A stretch of 64,000 bases of DNA from Macrostomum lignano (lineage: Eukaryota). Of this stretch, positions 50,870 through 63,457 are shown piece after piece; the first letter of the stretch is position 1, and each line of letters opens with the position of its first letter. The stretch is from assembly GCA_002269645.1 (NCBI GenBank), contig NIVC01001457.1, positions 62,001-126,000 of the forward strand. The letters run 5' to 3'. Below the pieces are notes generated by a model that saw only the letters and a list, made by a program, of their open reading frames with translations, was not told the origin of the DNA and did not search any database. Made by a program: the position numbers and the translations under genes.

Positions 50870-51296
50870 GCTGAAGGGATGCTGTGTAGACTTGTCATGA
50901 CTTGCTGGTCTGGTTTAACAACGGTAGCTGTGTTGGTTTATAGCATTAGCAGACTGTAATTGCTGTTCTTATACAGTTAAATACATAAAAAAATGTTCGG
51001 CTGGCTGTTTTGATGAGTAATCCTTGCACGATTGCTGCTTGTTGGATAAATTTTATTGTCTTCAAATGCTTTCGTTAATTGCGTGTCAAATTTGACACTT
51101 GATCGAGTTGAACTTGAACGAGTTGAGCTCAAAAACAGGCTCTAACTTCACAAGTTCAAAATTTCACATTATAGAGAAGTCTTCCTAGTCATCAGCTTGC
51201 TTGCAGCTTACACAATCTCGAGCCTTATGAAGTTCACCTGTGTCTTGGACGATGTGATGAAATTTCTATATTTGTCTTTAAATTGTATCATCGACC

Positions 51297-51465
51297 CAGT
51301 AGCGCAACCAGAAATTTTTCAAGGGGGGGGGGCGGATTCTGAGTGTAAAGTCCCGGGAGGGGGGCGGCGGAGGGGTGGCTCTGTTTTTGGCGAAAATTCG
51401 CGGTCCCCCGCCTAAGGGGGGGGGGCGACCGCCCCCCCCCCCCCCCCCCCCTGGTTGCGCCACTG
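51297..51465. mobile_element. 169-bp G/C-rich hAT-like MITE
   Basis: TIR CAGT(A/G)GCGCAACCAG; perfect 8-bp TSD CATCGACC (51289-51296, 51466-51473). Confidence 0.9.
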
Positions 51466-51694
51466 CATCGACCTAAGATTATTTTAATTTTGTTCCCTCA
51501 TTTTGCTATGTCAAAAAATGGTCCATAGTTCATGAAATTCAGCAAGATCTGTTAGTAAGGAAGTTAAAGACTTGAGTAAGCTTTGCACTTGTAACTTTAT
51601 AACTGGCTCAAACGCGTCTTACGCGACGGAGAGGCGACTTGCGTCACAAGCGCGTCAAATCAGTTGTGGTAGAATCATAAAAAGAGACGTCCAA

Positions 51695-51887
51695 GGGCCG
51701 TATGCAGAAAGCTCTGTCTAGGGTAGTCCGGTCTTGAAAAGCTAGTCTGGACTTGGATTTGGTATGCAGAAACGCAAAGTTAGACCAGTCTACTATAGCA
51801 GAACTAGGCTAGCTAGACCATAGACTATAGACTGAACTACACAAGTCCGGACTAGCTAGTCTGGACTAGGCTTTCTGCATACGGCCC
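51695..51887. mobile_element. 193-bp PIF/Harbinger (Tourist-like) MITE
   Basis: Perfect 18-bp TIR GGGCCGTATGCAGAAAGC; 3-bp TSD CAA on both sides. Confidence 0.85.
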
Positions 51888-52363
51888 CAAGAATCGTTGA
51901 GCTAGCTCTTAACTTTACTACTAACAGTAGGCTAGCTAGAGTGCAATTACAATTCGATCAATCAATAAGCTAAATTGGGTGTTTATTGTGTAACTGTAAC
52001 TTCTGATTCTGTAACGCGTCCTAAGCGTTTCCGAAGTGACGCACTAACGATTCTATACAGAGACGCTTCTTTACAGAGAGCTTAAAATTCAATAACAGTT
52101 TTGAAAACAGCGAGTGCTGACCGGGGGTAATGAAAAATCTACAAAACCCTCCAACTTCAAAAAACTGATTGCTTAAATTATTATTATTATTATAGAAAAG
52201 CAAATATTGAAAGCTTGTTTATTGTTACTAATATATGAAATCAATATTCTACAGAACGATTTTGTATTTAATATGAGCTAATAATAAGATGCTGCAGTAA
52301 TTCTAATTAGCATCCCAGTTAGCACCAACGTGTCCTCAGTAGATCCGACAGTTCCAACAGCGA

Positions 52364-53509
52364 TCAGCTGCTGACTGAAGAACTTGACTTTCTCTGCTGC
52401 TTTCCGCTAGCTGCAGACTTCTCTGGCGGCACAATGATCACCGGGATGTGAGCGTGATGGAGCACGTGATCGGACACGCTGCCCAGAAATGTTCGCTTCA
52501 GTGCGCCCATGCCGCGGTTGCCCATGACAATCATGTTGGCCTCCTCGCGATTGGCCGCCTCCACGATTGACTGGCCGGGACCGGGGGTCATCTTCTCCAC
52601 GAAACGGACGTGGTTGCTGGGGGCGACAGGGATTGAGAATTCGCGATATTGGAATCGACTAAAATGAGCTGTGATTGCTACAATTATTCATCAAATAGAA
52701 GTTTATCAATACATGTATAAACTTTCAGATAATGACTTTTTCACCGGTTAGATAGAATAGGGACATTCCGGGAGTGACACATTGTAAAATTAGGAGTGAC
52801 AACTGTGTAAACTAGAAGTGATACCTCTGTAGACTTATAGGTAGGAGTGATACCCGTGTGTGGATGGGAGTGATACCTGGGTATACTTGTTGGGAGTGCA
52901 TGATACCTGTGGACTCGAGTGATACCTGTGTAGACTTGTGTTTATTTGGGAGTGATACCTGTGTAGACTTGGAGTGATACATGTACCTGTGTAGACTTGT
53001 ATAGACTTGGGAGTGATACCTGTGTAGACTTGTGTAGACTTGGGAGTGATACCTGTGTAGACTTGGGAGTGACACCTGTGTAGAATGGAAGTGATACCTG
53101 TACCTGGCACCTGTTTGACCCAATGCGACGTACACATCTTGGACTATAAGCCTCTCTAAAAATATTCAACCAACAAAGCCAAGGAGAGCACATGTTCTCA
53201 CCGCATTCCCAGCTGCTGGCAGCGCTCCTGAATAACCATGGCCAGTCGTTTTCCTGGTCCAGCCAACGCGCTCATCGAGGTCTTTCGTCTAACCGCCTTT
53301 TCCTGCTCTTCCGATTGTTGTTGCTGCTGCTGTTGCACCTTCTGCTGCGGCACAATGCCGCCCATTGCGGAGGCCATATTGCCAGGTATCTCAATCGCAT
53401 AGACGAAGATTAACTCGTCAGTAGGGCGGGCCAAATTCTCGGCGAACCAAATCAGAGCCCTGTCCGCGTGCTCGCTACCGTCTATGGGCAAGAGTACCTT
53501 TCTAGGCAT
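52364..53509 (-). CDS. Universal stress protein (UspA-domain), ~186 aa
   Basis: Exons 53509-53202 and 52616-52364 (phase 2, GT-AG). N-terminal KVLLPIDGSEHADRAL; ATP-binding G-2x-G-9x-GS motif (GNRGMGALKRTFLGSVS); C-terminal HAHIPVIIVP. Confidence 0.93.
52810..53105. repeat. ~23-bp minisatellite GGAGTGATACCTGTGTAGACTT in the USP intron
   Basis: Tandem array. Confidence 0.88.
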
Positions 53510-54248
53510 GCCGTCGGCACTTCTGACTTCAGCTGCTTGAAGATTGATTCGCTTAATTCCAGTGCTTGCAAGCTGATGGTATCGGTCAAGACTTGATAGC
53601 TAACACTTATATACGACAATGTAATTTGTTGAAGATAAGAGCTATAGCTAAGTTTTATTGTTATGCTATACGAGCTATACAGCTTTTTATCTGGATCTCT
53701 ATATGCTATATCGTAGTTAGTGACAGCCGCGGCTAGAGAGGAGAGGCTTAAACGGGGCATCTGCAATTGTGTGAATTTAATCTAAAAGCTGTGTGGAATT
53801 GGCTGTGTCTCAACCCCACCACAACCAGCCCGCTTATTCTGGTTCGCTCTTGTGCCGCTGCAACTGTAAGCACAGGCGCACACAAAGAGAATGACTTCTG
53901 ATACTCTGTAATGTGCTGAAGTGTAAACACAGTTTTGCATATAATACGCATTGCTAGCGAACGACCTTTTCCTGCACCCCAATGTACAGCTGTTGCGCAT
54001 AATTTAGAAAATATGACATATTAAATAATTAAATAATGCACAAAAGCTAGCAATAGACTGTCAAAATCCAGTCATTCTTTCTGTTTACATTATATACAAA
54101 GTTCATAAGGGCTCTCTTAGCTCTTGTTACGTATAAAAAAATAATTGACAGCTACGAGCGTACTTTAATAAATATATTTTGATCCAGTACATCTCACTGA
54201 GGAACAAGCATTGGAAGTCAATAAAATAAGAAAATAATATCATCTTAA

Positions 54249-54393
54249 ACAACGACTACTCAAGATCTACTTTCTTAGAAAATTTTAGAAGGCCGGTTTT
54301 TCCGAAAAAGACGTGTAACGGAGATGAAAACCGGCCTTCTAAAAATGTCCAAGAGACGAGGTTTCTTGTCCTTTTACTTGAGTAGTCATTCGT
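54249..54393. mobile_element. Small palindromic element flanked by TTAA
   Basis: Outer arms ACAACGACTACTCAAG / CTTGAGTAGTCATTCGT; inner arms TTTTAGAAGGCCGGTTTT / AAAACCGGCCTTCTAAAA; TTAA on both sides. Confidence 0.6.
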
Positions 54394-54579
54394 TTAAAAA
54401 TTGGTACAAATCAGCAGTTGAACTCAGAACCGGACTTTCTAACTGGACAGAAATTTTACGTAATTATTAATTATTAACCTCATCAGAATTATATACTGAT
54501 TCGATAATGAGGTCATTATTGAAGACAATATTCGGTCTCAAAATGACTTTCTCTATTCGAATTGCTGCTGGAAATTGCT

Positions 54580-57500
54580 TCAAGCAGTGCCATTTCCTGT
54601 GCCATTGTCCTGAGCAGCAGCCGCCGCAGCTCTTCGCTTGACATAGTCGGTGTCCGGCGGCGGTCCCGGCCAGGCCTGACGCCGCCGCAGCCGCTCCAGC
54701 CGACCGTTGAGCCTTTCGTAGCATTTCAACCGGTTGATGTCTTCGTGCTCGGCGATGGTCTCGGCGGTGAAAGTCGAGCCTCGCGACCGCTGCACCGCCC
54801 GGTCCATCATGTCGTAGACAATGTCCATGCAGAAGGCATAGGGATGGTCTGGATCAGCCAGGTACAGCGCGTCGGAGCTGGACCGATTCGCTCGATCTTT
54901 CGGCCAGGTGTTCCAGTCGAATCCGCGCAGACTCTCGGCCAGAGAGCGCCGGTCTCGCTCCGAGTTGCCGTCCTGCAGGTACAGCAGACGGGCCGTCAGC
55001 TCGCCGGGCCGGAACACCAGCATTCCGGTGTCGTGCTGGTTGGCGATGCAGTGAATCTGGTTGGAGTGGTGCGCGCTCACAATGCTGCGATTGATGACGC
55101 AACCGCGGAAGCTCTCAGACTCCACCTGTTGCTGAGAGAGCGTCACGGCGACTCGCTGGCCGGAGGTGAGCGAGTAGAAAGTCACCTTGCCCATGACGTT
55201 GACCAGTAGGTAGGCGGATAAAGTGTAGTTGAAGCAGCCAGTGATGTCGAAGTTGACGTAGCGAGTCTGCTGAATTTCTGCATACTCTTTCTCCGTGAGC
55301 GGAATTATGATGCGCGGGTCGACCGGCTTCATGCTGCCGAGGTCCACGATGCACACCTGCGGTGTGAGGGGAGCTCTGGGTGAGTCACGGCTCAGGCATC
55401 ATGTCTAAGGAGACTCAGGCACCATGTCTAAGAAGACTCAGGCACCATGTCCAAGGAGACTCAGGCACCATGTCTAAGAAGACTCAGACATCATGTCCAA
55501 GGAGACTCAGGTATCATGTCTAAGGAGACTCAGGTATCATGTCTAAGGAGACTCGGGCATCATGTCTAAGGAGACTCAGGCATCATGTCTAAGGAGACTC
55601 AGACATCATGTCTAAGGAGACTCAGGCATCATGTCTAATTAGACTCAGGCATCATGTCTAAGAAGACTCAGACAGAATATCTAAGGAGACTCAGACATCA
55701 TGTCTAAGGAGACTCAGACATCATGTCTAAGGAGACTCAAGCATCATGTCTCAGGAGACTCAGGCATCATGTCTAAGAAGACTCAGGCATCATGTCTAAG
55801 AAGACTCAGACAGCATATCTAAGGAGACTCAGACATCATGTCTAAGGAGACTCAGACATCATGTCTAAGGAGACTCAAGCAGCAAGAAAAGCCCCAACCT
55901 CAATATGATGCTCCTCATCCTCCGGGTCAGTTGGAAAGAGGATCAGGCAGACCAGTCGAGTTCCTGTCCTGTCTAGCCTGGCGCCCAAGAACATCTCCGC
56001 TTCGAAGATATACGGCTTGTACACCCTGGTGATGTACCGCATCATGCGATCGTCCACTTTCAAACGCGTCACTTCGTGAAACGCCCCTCCGGATTGCTTC
56101 ACAGCTTCCAGAGGCGACTTATAGATTGTGGTCACCTGGCTGAACTCCGTTTGGGTGCGCCACGGGTAGCGCAGCTGGTTGCGTCTGGCCTCGGCCTCAG
56201 CTCGGCGCCTGGCCTCAGCCAACTCAGTTCGCTCCGTTTCCTGCGGTTCATTTGGGGTGGCGGGTGATTTGGGTTGGCGGGTGATTTGGGGTGGCGGGTG
56301 ATTTGGGGTGGCGGGTGATTTGGGGTGGCGGTTTATTTGGGGTGGCGGGTGATTTGAGGTGGTGGGTGATTTGGGGTGGCGGGTGATTTCGGGTGGAAGG
56401 TGATTTGGGGTGGCGGGTGATTTGGGGTGGCGCGTGATTTGGGGTGGTGGGTGATTTCGGGTGGTGGGTGATTTCGGGTGGCGGGTGATTTCGGGTGGTG
56501 GGTGATTTGGGGTGGCGGGTGATTTCGGGTGGCGGGTGATTTGGGGTGGCGGGTGATTTGGGGTGGAGGTTTATTTGGGGTGGTGGTTTATTTGGGGTGG
56601 TGGGTGATTTGGGGTGGCGGGTGATTTCGGGTGGAAGGTGATTTGGGGTGGCGGGTGATTTGGGGTGGAAGGTGATTTGGGGTGGTGGGTGATTTGGGGT
56701 GGCAGGTGATTTGGGTTGGCGGGTGATTTGGGCTGTAAGTTAATTTGAAGCACTGTCTATGTGTTGCAGCCGTTGTTTCAAGCGTCCACCGGAGTCTCAC
56801 CGGATTGTACGCCTCGGCATCGAAGCGCACCATGGCGGGGGTTGCGGGGTCGGGCCGGTATTTCTCCTTGTCCATCCTGATTCTGTGCACCCGCAGCGGC
56901 CTCATGCCACGCCTGGCATCGGCCAGGAACTCGGCTCGGTACCGCCACACCACCAGGTACCCGCCGCTGTCCACTGTGAAGAAATCGCCAGTGTTCTCAA
57001 TGGCTCCCATGAGCAGCAAATCCCTGCTGTGCTCAACAAACAGTTCGCAGTCAATTCGCAGGTCAGTGATCTTGTGACCAAGTCGGCGTGGATCTCGCAG
57101 CCGTGGCCACTTCAGCACCTGCGACTGAGACTCCTGAACATCGTCGAGCAGCTGCTCGGTGTCCAACTTGATCACGTGATGGCTGGACATTGCCAGGCAG
57201 AAATGCGGCTGCGAGCCCATCACGGTGAAGGCTGGGAAGAAGGCGCAGCCCACGGCCTGCCAGCTGGTGTCCGGCCGGGTGGCGGCCGCCGACTCGGCAG
57301 CGAAGGGGCCCTCGGTGAAGCGCAGCTCGTGGGCGGGAATGTCGCCCAGGATGTTCAGCGGGCTGACAGCCGCGGCGCTGTTTTTACCGGCGGCGGGCTG
57401 CCGCTGCTGCTCCGGCGACAGCGGCGCGTAGTGGACGGACCAGGCGCGGACATCGCCGCTGGCGTGGACGCTGACGAGATTCCCGGAGTCGGCTGACCAA

Positions 57501-60500
57501 GCCAGGCTGTCCACCGTCTGCGGCTGGCGGCCGGATGGCTGCTGCCGCGACCTCTGCTGTTCCTGCTGCTGTTCGTTGGAGACTGGCGAGTATCTGCGGA
57601 GATGAGGAGACTTCACTGTTGAGAGAGCGGACGCTGGACTGCATTGAGTTAGGTCACGAATGCTCCCCAGATCCTAAATTAGTCACTAAAAACAAAATCT
57701 TCTCTCAGCACTTAAAACCCTCTCTGAGATCCCAAAACCCTCTTTAGAATCCCAAAACCCTCTTTAGGATCCCAAAACCCTCTTTAGGATCCCAAAACCC
57801 TCTTTAGGATAATAAAACCCTCTTTAGGATCCCAAAACCCTCCTTAGGATCCCAAAACCCACCTTAGAATCCCAAAACCCTCTTTAGGATCCCAAAACTC
57901 TCTTTAGGATCCACAAAGACCTCTTGAGGATCCAAGAACCCTCTCTGGGATCTCAAAGCCCTCTCTTGGATCCCAAAACCATAAAATCCCGATCCATCAG
58001 ATCTCAATATCCCGACTCTCCAATCCAACAACTCACCGAAAGGCCACGAAATTTCCTCCCTTGAATTTTCTATCAAAATCGTAAACCAGTAGGTCGCCTC
58101 TCATGGTGCCCACGGCAACCAGTCTGTTGTCATTGGATACGGACGCGCAGGAGAAGCCTCCGGTGAATCCCAGCAAAGAAATTCCCGTGTAGTTGCAGAC
58201 GATCTGCTTCCAGTAGCGCAGTTCCTGACTGGCGAACTTCTTCAGCTTGATCATGTTCTTCTTCCCGACGTAGTCGGGTTCAATGCGCTCGTTGAGCTGC
58301 AGCCGGGTGTCCCAGGGCAGCAGCTGGGTGTAGTCAATGATCTCGGAGGTGTCCTCCACCTCGGGCACCACCTGCTTCGTGGCTGCGGGTGCCGCCGGCA
58401 GAGCTGAGCTCTTCTTCATGCCGTGTCGCCATAGCAACGGTTTTTCTATCGATCGCTGGCGTTTTAACTTGTAGAATGTTCGAACTGCGACCTCGTATTC
58501 GGGCTCTGATGGCTTCCGGCCTGTGGTGGAGATTAGCATAGATTCAATGGATTCAATGGAATGGTTTAGGTGGCGCCGGAATAGTCTTAGTGGCGCTAGG
58601 GTGGTTTTAGTGGCGCCAGGGTGGTTTTAGTGACGCCAATATGGTTTTGGTGGCGCCAGGGTGGTTTTAGTGACGCCAGGGTGGTTTTAGTGACGCCAGG
58701 GTGGTTTTAGTGGCGCCAGGGTGGTTTTAGTGGCGCCAGGGTGGTTTTAGTAGCGCTAGGATGGTTTTAGTGGCGCTAATATAGTTTTAATGGCGCTAAT
58801 ATAGTCTTAATGGCGTCAGGGTGATTTTTGTGACGCCAATATGGTTTTGGTGGCGCCAAGGTGGTTTTAGTGACGCCAATATGGTTTTGGTGGCGCCAGG
58901 GTGGTTTTAGTGACGCCAGGGTGGTTTTAGTGACGCCAGGGTGGTTTTAGTGACGCCAATATGGTTTTGGTGGCGCCAATGTGAATTTAGTGGCGCCAAT
59001 ATGGTTTTAGTGGCGCTATGATAGTTTAGTGGCGCCAGGATATTTTCAGTGGCGCCAATGTGAATCTAGTGGCGCCAATATGGTTTTAGTGGTGCCAAGA
59101 TGGTTCTATTGGCGCCAAGATGGTTCTATTGGCGCCAAGATGGTTCTAGTTGCGCCAAGATGGTTTTAGTGGCGCCAAGATGGTTCTATTGGCGCCAAGA
59201 TGGTTCTATTGGCGCCAAGATGGTTCCAGTGGCGCCAAGATGGTTCTAGTGGCGCCAAGATGGTTCTAGTGGCGCCAAGATGGTTCTAGTGGCGCCAAAA
59301 TAGGTGTACGGGGTGTACAGTGACCCTGCTTAGACTTTCTAATCGTCAAGGCATGTACACTCTCTGTGCCTTGTTGGTGGCCGGCCCTCATGGGGGCTGC
59401 GCGAGCGGAAGCCTCACCAGTCAGCTGTCCCACAATGGCGGCCTCGGCCTGCCGCATGCAGCTCTGGTCGGCCAGGTTCGCTGCCAGCCCCTTCAGGTAG
59501 AGAAACTCCCTGCCAGCCAGCTGGCCCAGCTCGCCAGTGACCTCCAGGAGAAGCTCCTCGCAGACCAGCTGGACCGCACCGGACCACACAGCTGCTTGGG
59601 TGTCGCGATTCAACGCCTCAATCGATTCGTGCCTCTCGCCGAGCACCAAGTCCAGCACGCGTTCAACTTCGTCCAGTACGATCTGTCGGCAGGCGTAATA
59701 AGCTGGCAGCTGCCACGGCTCATAGGTGTCGATGCCCAGCTCGCCGGCGTAAGGCCGTCGCATGAATTCCCGACGTCGGGCGAGCTCTTGTCGGCGGCGT
59801 CGGACTCGGGCCTCCTCGGCTGCGAGCTGCTGGCGAGTCAGTTGGACTGTTTCCACCACTGGCTCCGGGTGTCTGGCGGGCCGTTGTGGGGTGGCTGGTG
59901 CGGCTGTTGTTGATAAGTCTACAGTAAGACTACAGTTTTTACCCACTCTAATGGCAATGACAATTGTTCTATAGTTAAATTATTTCTAACTTTCTACAGG
60001 CAATTACCGTCATTCTATAGACAATAGCCATCTTTCATAAAGTAATGACCATCATTCTACATGTAACAACCATGATTCTACATCTAACAACCATCATTCT
60101 ACAGGTAACAACCATCATTCTACATGTAACAACCATCATTCTACATGTAACAACCATCATTCTACATGTAACAACCATCATTCTACATGTAACAACCATT
60201 ATTCTACATGTAACAACCATCATTCTACATGTAACAACCATCATTCTACATGTAACAACCATCATTCTACATGTAACAACCATGATTCTACATCTAACAA
60301 CCATCATTCTACATGTAACAACCATCATTCTACATGTAACAACCATTATTCTACATGTAACAACCATTATTCTACATGTAACAACCATCATTCTACATGT
60401 AACAACCATCATTCTACATGTAACAACCATCATTCTACATGTAAAAACCATCATTCTACATGTAACAACCAACATTCGACAGCCAATAACTATCTTTCTA

Positions 60501-62078
60501 CAGGTAATTACCATCATTCTATAAGTAATGACCATAATTTTACAAGTAATGATAATCTTTCTACAGGTAATTACCATCATTCTACATGTAATGACCATTA
60601 TTTTACAAGTAATGAGAAGAATCATACAAGAACTGATCGTCATTCTACCAGGAATGCTCATAATCAAATAGCCGGGTATTAACACCAAAAAGTAAAGCCA
60701 CCGCCTCACTTTCTCCGATAAATCTCAGGGTCACCGGGCACCCTGGACCCGATCTTCTCCCAGCGATACTGAAACGTCTTTGGCAAAGTGTCGTCAACGA
60801 ATGGCGGCGACAGCGGGCGACGGTCGAATTGGCGACGCTGTTCGCGGAGGGCCTCGCGCTCCTGCAGCATCACTTCGCGGTTGTTGTTTAACCTTTCTGT
60901 AACAGGTTGTAACAGGATTGAGAATGTTAGTCTCACTGTGTACTTGTTGTGCCCTATTTGGCCAATGAAAATGTTCTAGATTGGTTAGATATGATATAGT
61001 GTCACCTGTTAGATAGGATAGTGTCACCTGTTAGATAGGATGGTGTCACCTGTTAGATAGGATGGTGTCACCGTTAGACATGATAGTGCCACCTGTTAGA
61101 CATGATGGTGTCACCTGTTAGACAGGATAGTGCCATCTGTTACATTGTTACAATGCCCTGCTTCTAAATCCCAATACGTAACACTGTGACACAAGCCTCA
61201 ATGTCTAACAGTGTGACACAAGCCTCAATGTCTAAAGTGTGACACAAGCCTCACCAATATCCCTAACAGTGTGACACAAGCCTCGCCAATACCCCTAACA
61301 GTGTGACACAAGCCTCACCAATATCCCTAACAGTGTGACACAAGCCTCACCAATGCTTAACAGTGTGACACAAGCCTCGCCAATATCCCTGACAGTGTGA
61401 CACAAGCCTCGCCAATATCCCTGACAGTGTGACACAAGCCTCGCCAATATCCCTAACAGTGTGACACAAGCCTCACCAATGCCTAACAGTGTGACACAAG
61501 CCTCGCCAATATCCCTAACAGTGTGACACAAGCCTCGCCAATATCCCTGACAGTGTGACACAAGCCTCACCAATGCCTAACAGTGTGACACAAGCCTCGC
61601 CAATATCCCTGACAGTGTGACACAAGCCTCACCAATGCCTAACAGTGTGACACAAGCCTCACCAATATCCCTGACAGTGTGACACAAGCCTCACCAATAT
61701 CCCTGACAGTGTGACACAAGCCTCACCAATGCGCCCTCTGAAGGCGTCTTTCAGCTGGTTGTTCTGCTCTCGCCTGTCCAGCAGCTGGGTGCGGTAGCTG
61801 GTCGCACCGACCTCGCCGCCGCCACCCAGCGGTCCCCGGTAGGCCATCTCGCTCACGGACTGCCGATAGTAACGACTGGTCGGCACCGGGACGGTCAGCG
61901 CCGCGGTGGCGGCTCCCTGAAGTCGGGTGTCGTGCAGCAGCCGGTTCTGCCGCTCCCAGTTGCCGCGGAGTTGCAGCAGCGCCGCCTCGCCTTCGTCCGG
62001 CACCCGGCCGTCGGCGTCGCCGTCATCATTGCCGGTGGCTCGACGCACGAATCTGTAGCTGCGCTTGGTTCCGGCCAT
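54580..62078 (-). CDS. Large WD40/beta-propeller-like protein with charged helical N-terminal region (~1180 aa), orthology unassigned
   Basis: Phase-consistent exons 62078-61727, 60896-60710, 59929-59325 (donor uncertain), 58520-58037, 57593-56801, 56240-55899, 55356-54580 (3540 nt). Blade-like segments: FSCASVSNDNRLVAVGTMRGDLLVYDF, VDSLAWSADSGNLVSVHASGDVRAWSV, FFTVDSGGYLVVWRY. The frame is open upstream of the ATG to an acceptor at ~62113, so an extra 5' exon is possible. Confidence 0.75.
55385..55878. repeat. 23-bp minisatellite AGGAGACTCAGGCATCATGTCTA
   Basis: Fills a WD40-gene intron. Confidence 0.94.
56250..56732. repeat. 17-bp G-rich minisatellite GTGATTTGGGGTGGCGG
   Basis: Tandem array, intronic. 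Confidence 0.95.
57712..57985. repeat. 20-bp minisatellite CCCAAAACCCTCTTTAGGAT
   Basis: Tandem array, intronic. Confidence 0.9.
58565..59298. repeat. 20/21-bp GTGGCGCCA minisatellite (GTGGCGCCAGGGTGGTTTTA grading into GTGGCGCCAAGATGGTTCTA)
   Basis: Tandem array, intronic. Confidence 0.93.
60040..60620. repeat. 21-bp minisatellite CATGTAACAACCATCATTCTA
   Basis: Tandem array; source of the MMVVTCR ORF. Confidence 0.94.
60975..61140. repeat. 20-bp minisatellite GTGTCACCTGTTAGATAGGA
   Basis: Short tandem array. Confidence 0.85.
61180..61730. repeat. 30-32-bp minisatellite AACAGTGTGACACAAGCCTC(A/G)CCAAT... that includes the splice donor
   Basis: Tandem array abutting exon end 61727. Confidence 0.94.
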
Positions 62079-63457
62079 GGATCCCGGCAGCGGTGCAGGG
62101 GATTTGGGAGATTCTGTAGACTTATAGAATCCTTGGAATCTTTACTAGAATTTTTCTTGTGTCTCTTCTGTATGGACTCAAAGTTGAGCTTCGCGTGAAA
62201 TGGGAGGGGTGGCTTCTACCTGCCTGTCTACCTGCTTGCCTGTCTGCCTCTTTCTGGATCGCACAAAATTTATTTTTGCACAATCGCGTGGGCTGGAGAG
62301 AGAGAGAGCAATGGTGGCAGAGGGCTGAGAAGGGAGAGACAGAGTACATCAACTCAAAAAGAGTGTACGCTGCAGAGCACAGAATTGAGTCTTTAACTGC
62401 GAGGTCGTCGCTCTTCTAAGCTGAGCCAATTTCAAATCCAAGCAGAGTCATAATTTTCTCTCCTTTTGTTGCCACAGAAATCTTGGATAGAGAAAGTAAA
62501 CGAGAATATGGCGGCCCAAATTCCATATATTTACAGCACACTTTGCTGACTACTGCATCCAGCAGTAGCATCAACCGTTATAACAGTGAAAATACAGACC
62601 ATTTTTGAAAACCGCGTTCTTTCCAGCGAAAAGATTTGACTTTCCATGAAAGAACAATAAAATTGCGAAATAGTTCCCATTTGATCAATTGTCGGAGTGC
62701 ATTGAAATGATATTCATTTGTATACTTCAGTATATTTATTATCATTAATAGGAAAAATAAAATAAAAATACTGCACAATATCCCCTGGATAGCTATAGTT
62801 AAATAAATTTCTAGTAGCTACTCATTATAATTTCCGAATGAAGAAAAACAATGTTATAAATAGACTAACTTTGTTGTGATCAGATAATTAGCTAGAATCA
62901 TATTGTTTAAAAGTGTTTTACAGCAGATAGTAGGGTACGTTCGAGTCCGCTTATATTCTGGCTTTTAAATTTTTCAGTAGATAACTCATTTCAGTAAAAC
63001 AAATTTAAATAATACAATCGTATTAAATATCGTATAAAATTGTATGTAATATTTGTGATTAATCCTTTATTGTTAATCGGGACTAATTTAAAATATAAAT
63101 TAATAATATATTATTTTGTCGGCTTCAGTCGAATCCATGTACTTCAAGTTTTTGTATTTTGAAATTTGTAGCGTCGGTTGTAGTGACTTTGATTTATTCT
63201 TTTCATATTGCTATTCTCATTCGTCTGATTTATATACTAGTTTGTTTTACTGACTGTTTTGTTTTACTGAAACTGAAACTGAATTGTTTTACTGACGTAC
63301 TCTATATATACATGCACTGAATAAGAGTAATAAAATCTTATAATAAGCCAGTATTCAAGCTTAAAAATCCGAACTGTTATCATATAGATTGGCCCGAACC
63401 CATGCACACACACTACTATAGCTACATTGGTCAGTAGCATGCATGTACATGCAAGCT

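Noticed and set aside
60035-60709. MMVVTCR Cys/Met-rich ORF; also 34090-35007, 40638-41894, 27715-28054 and 29185-29601
   Set aside because: All are tandem-repeat translations within introns or intergenic DNA.
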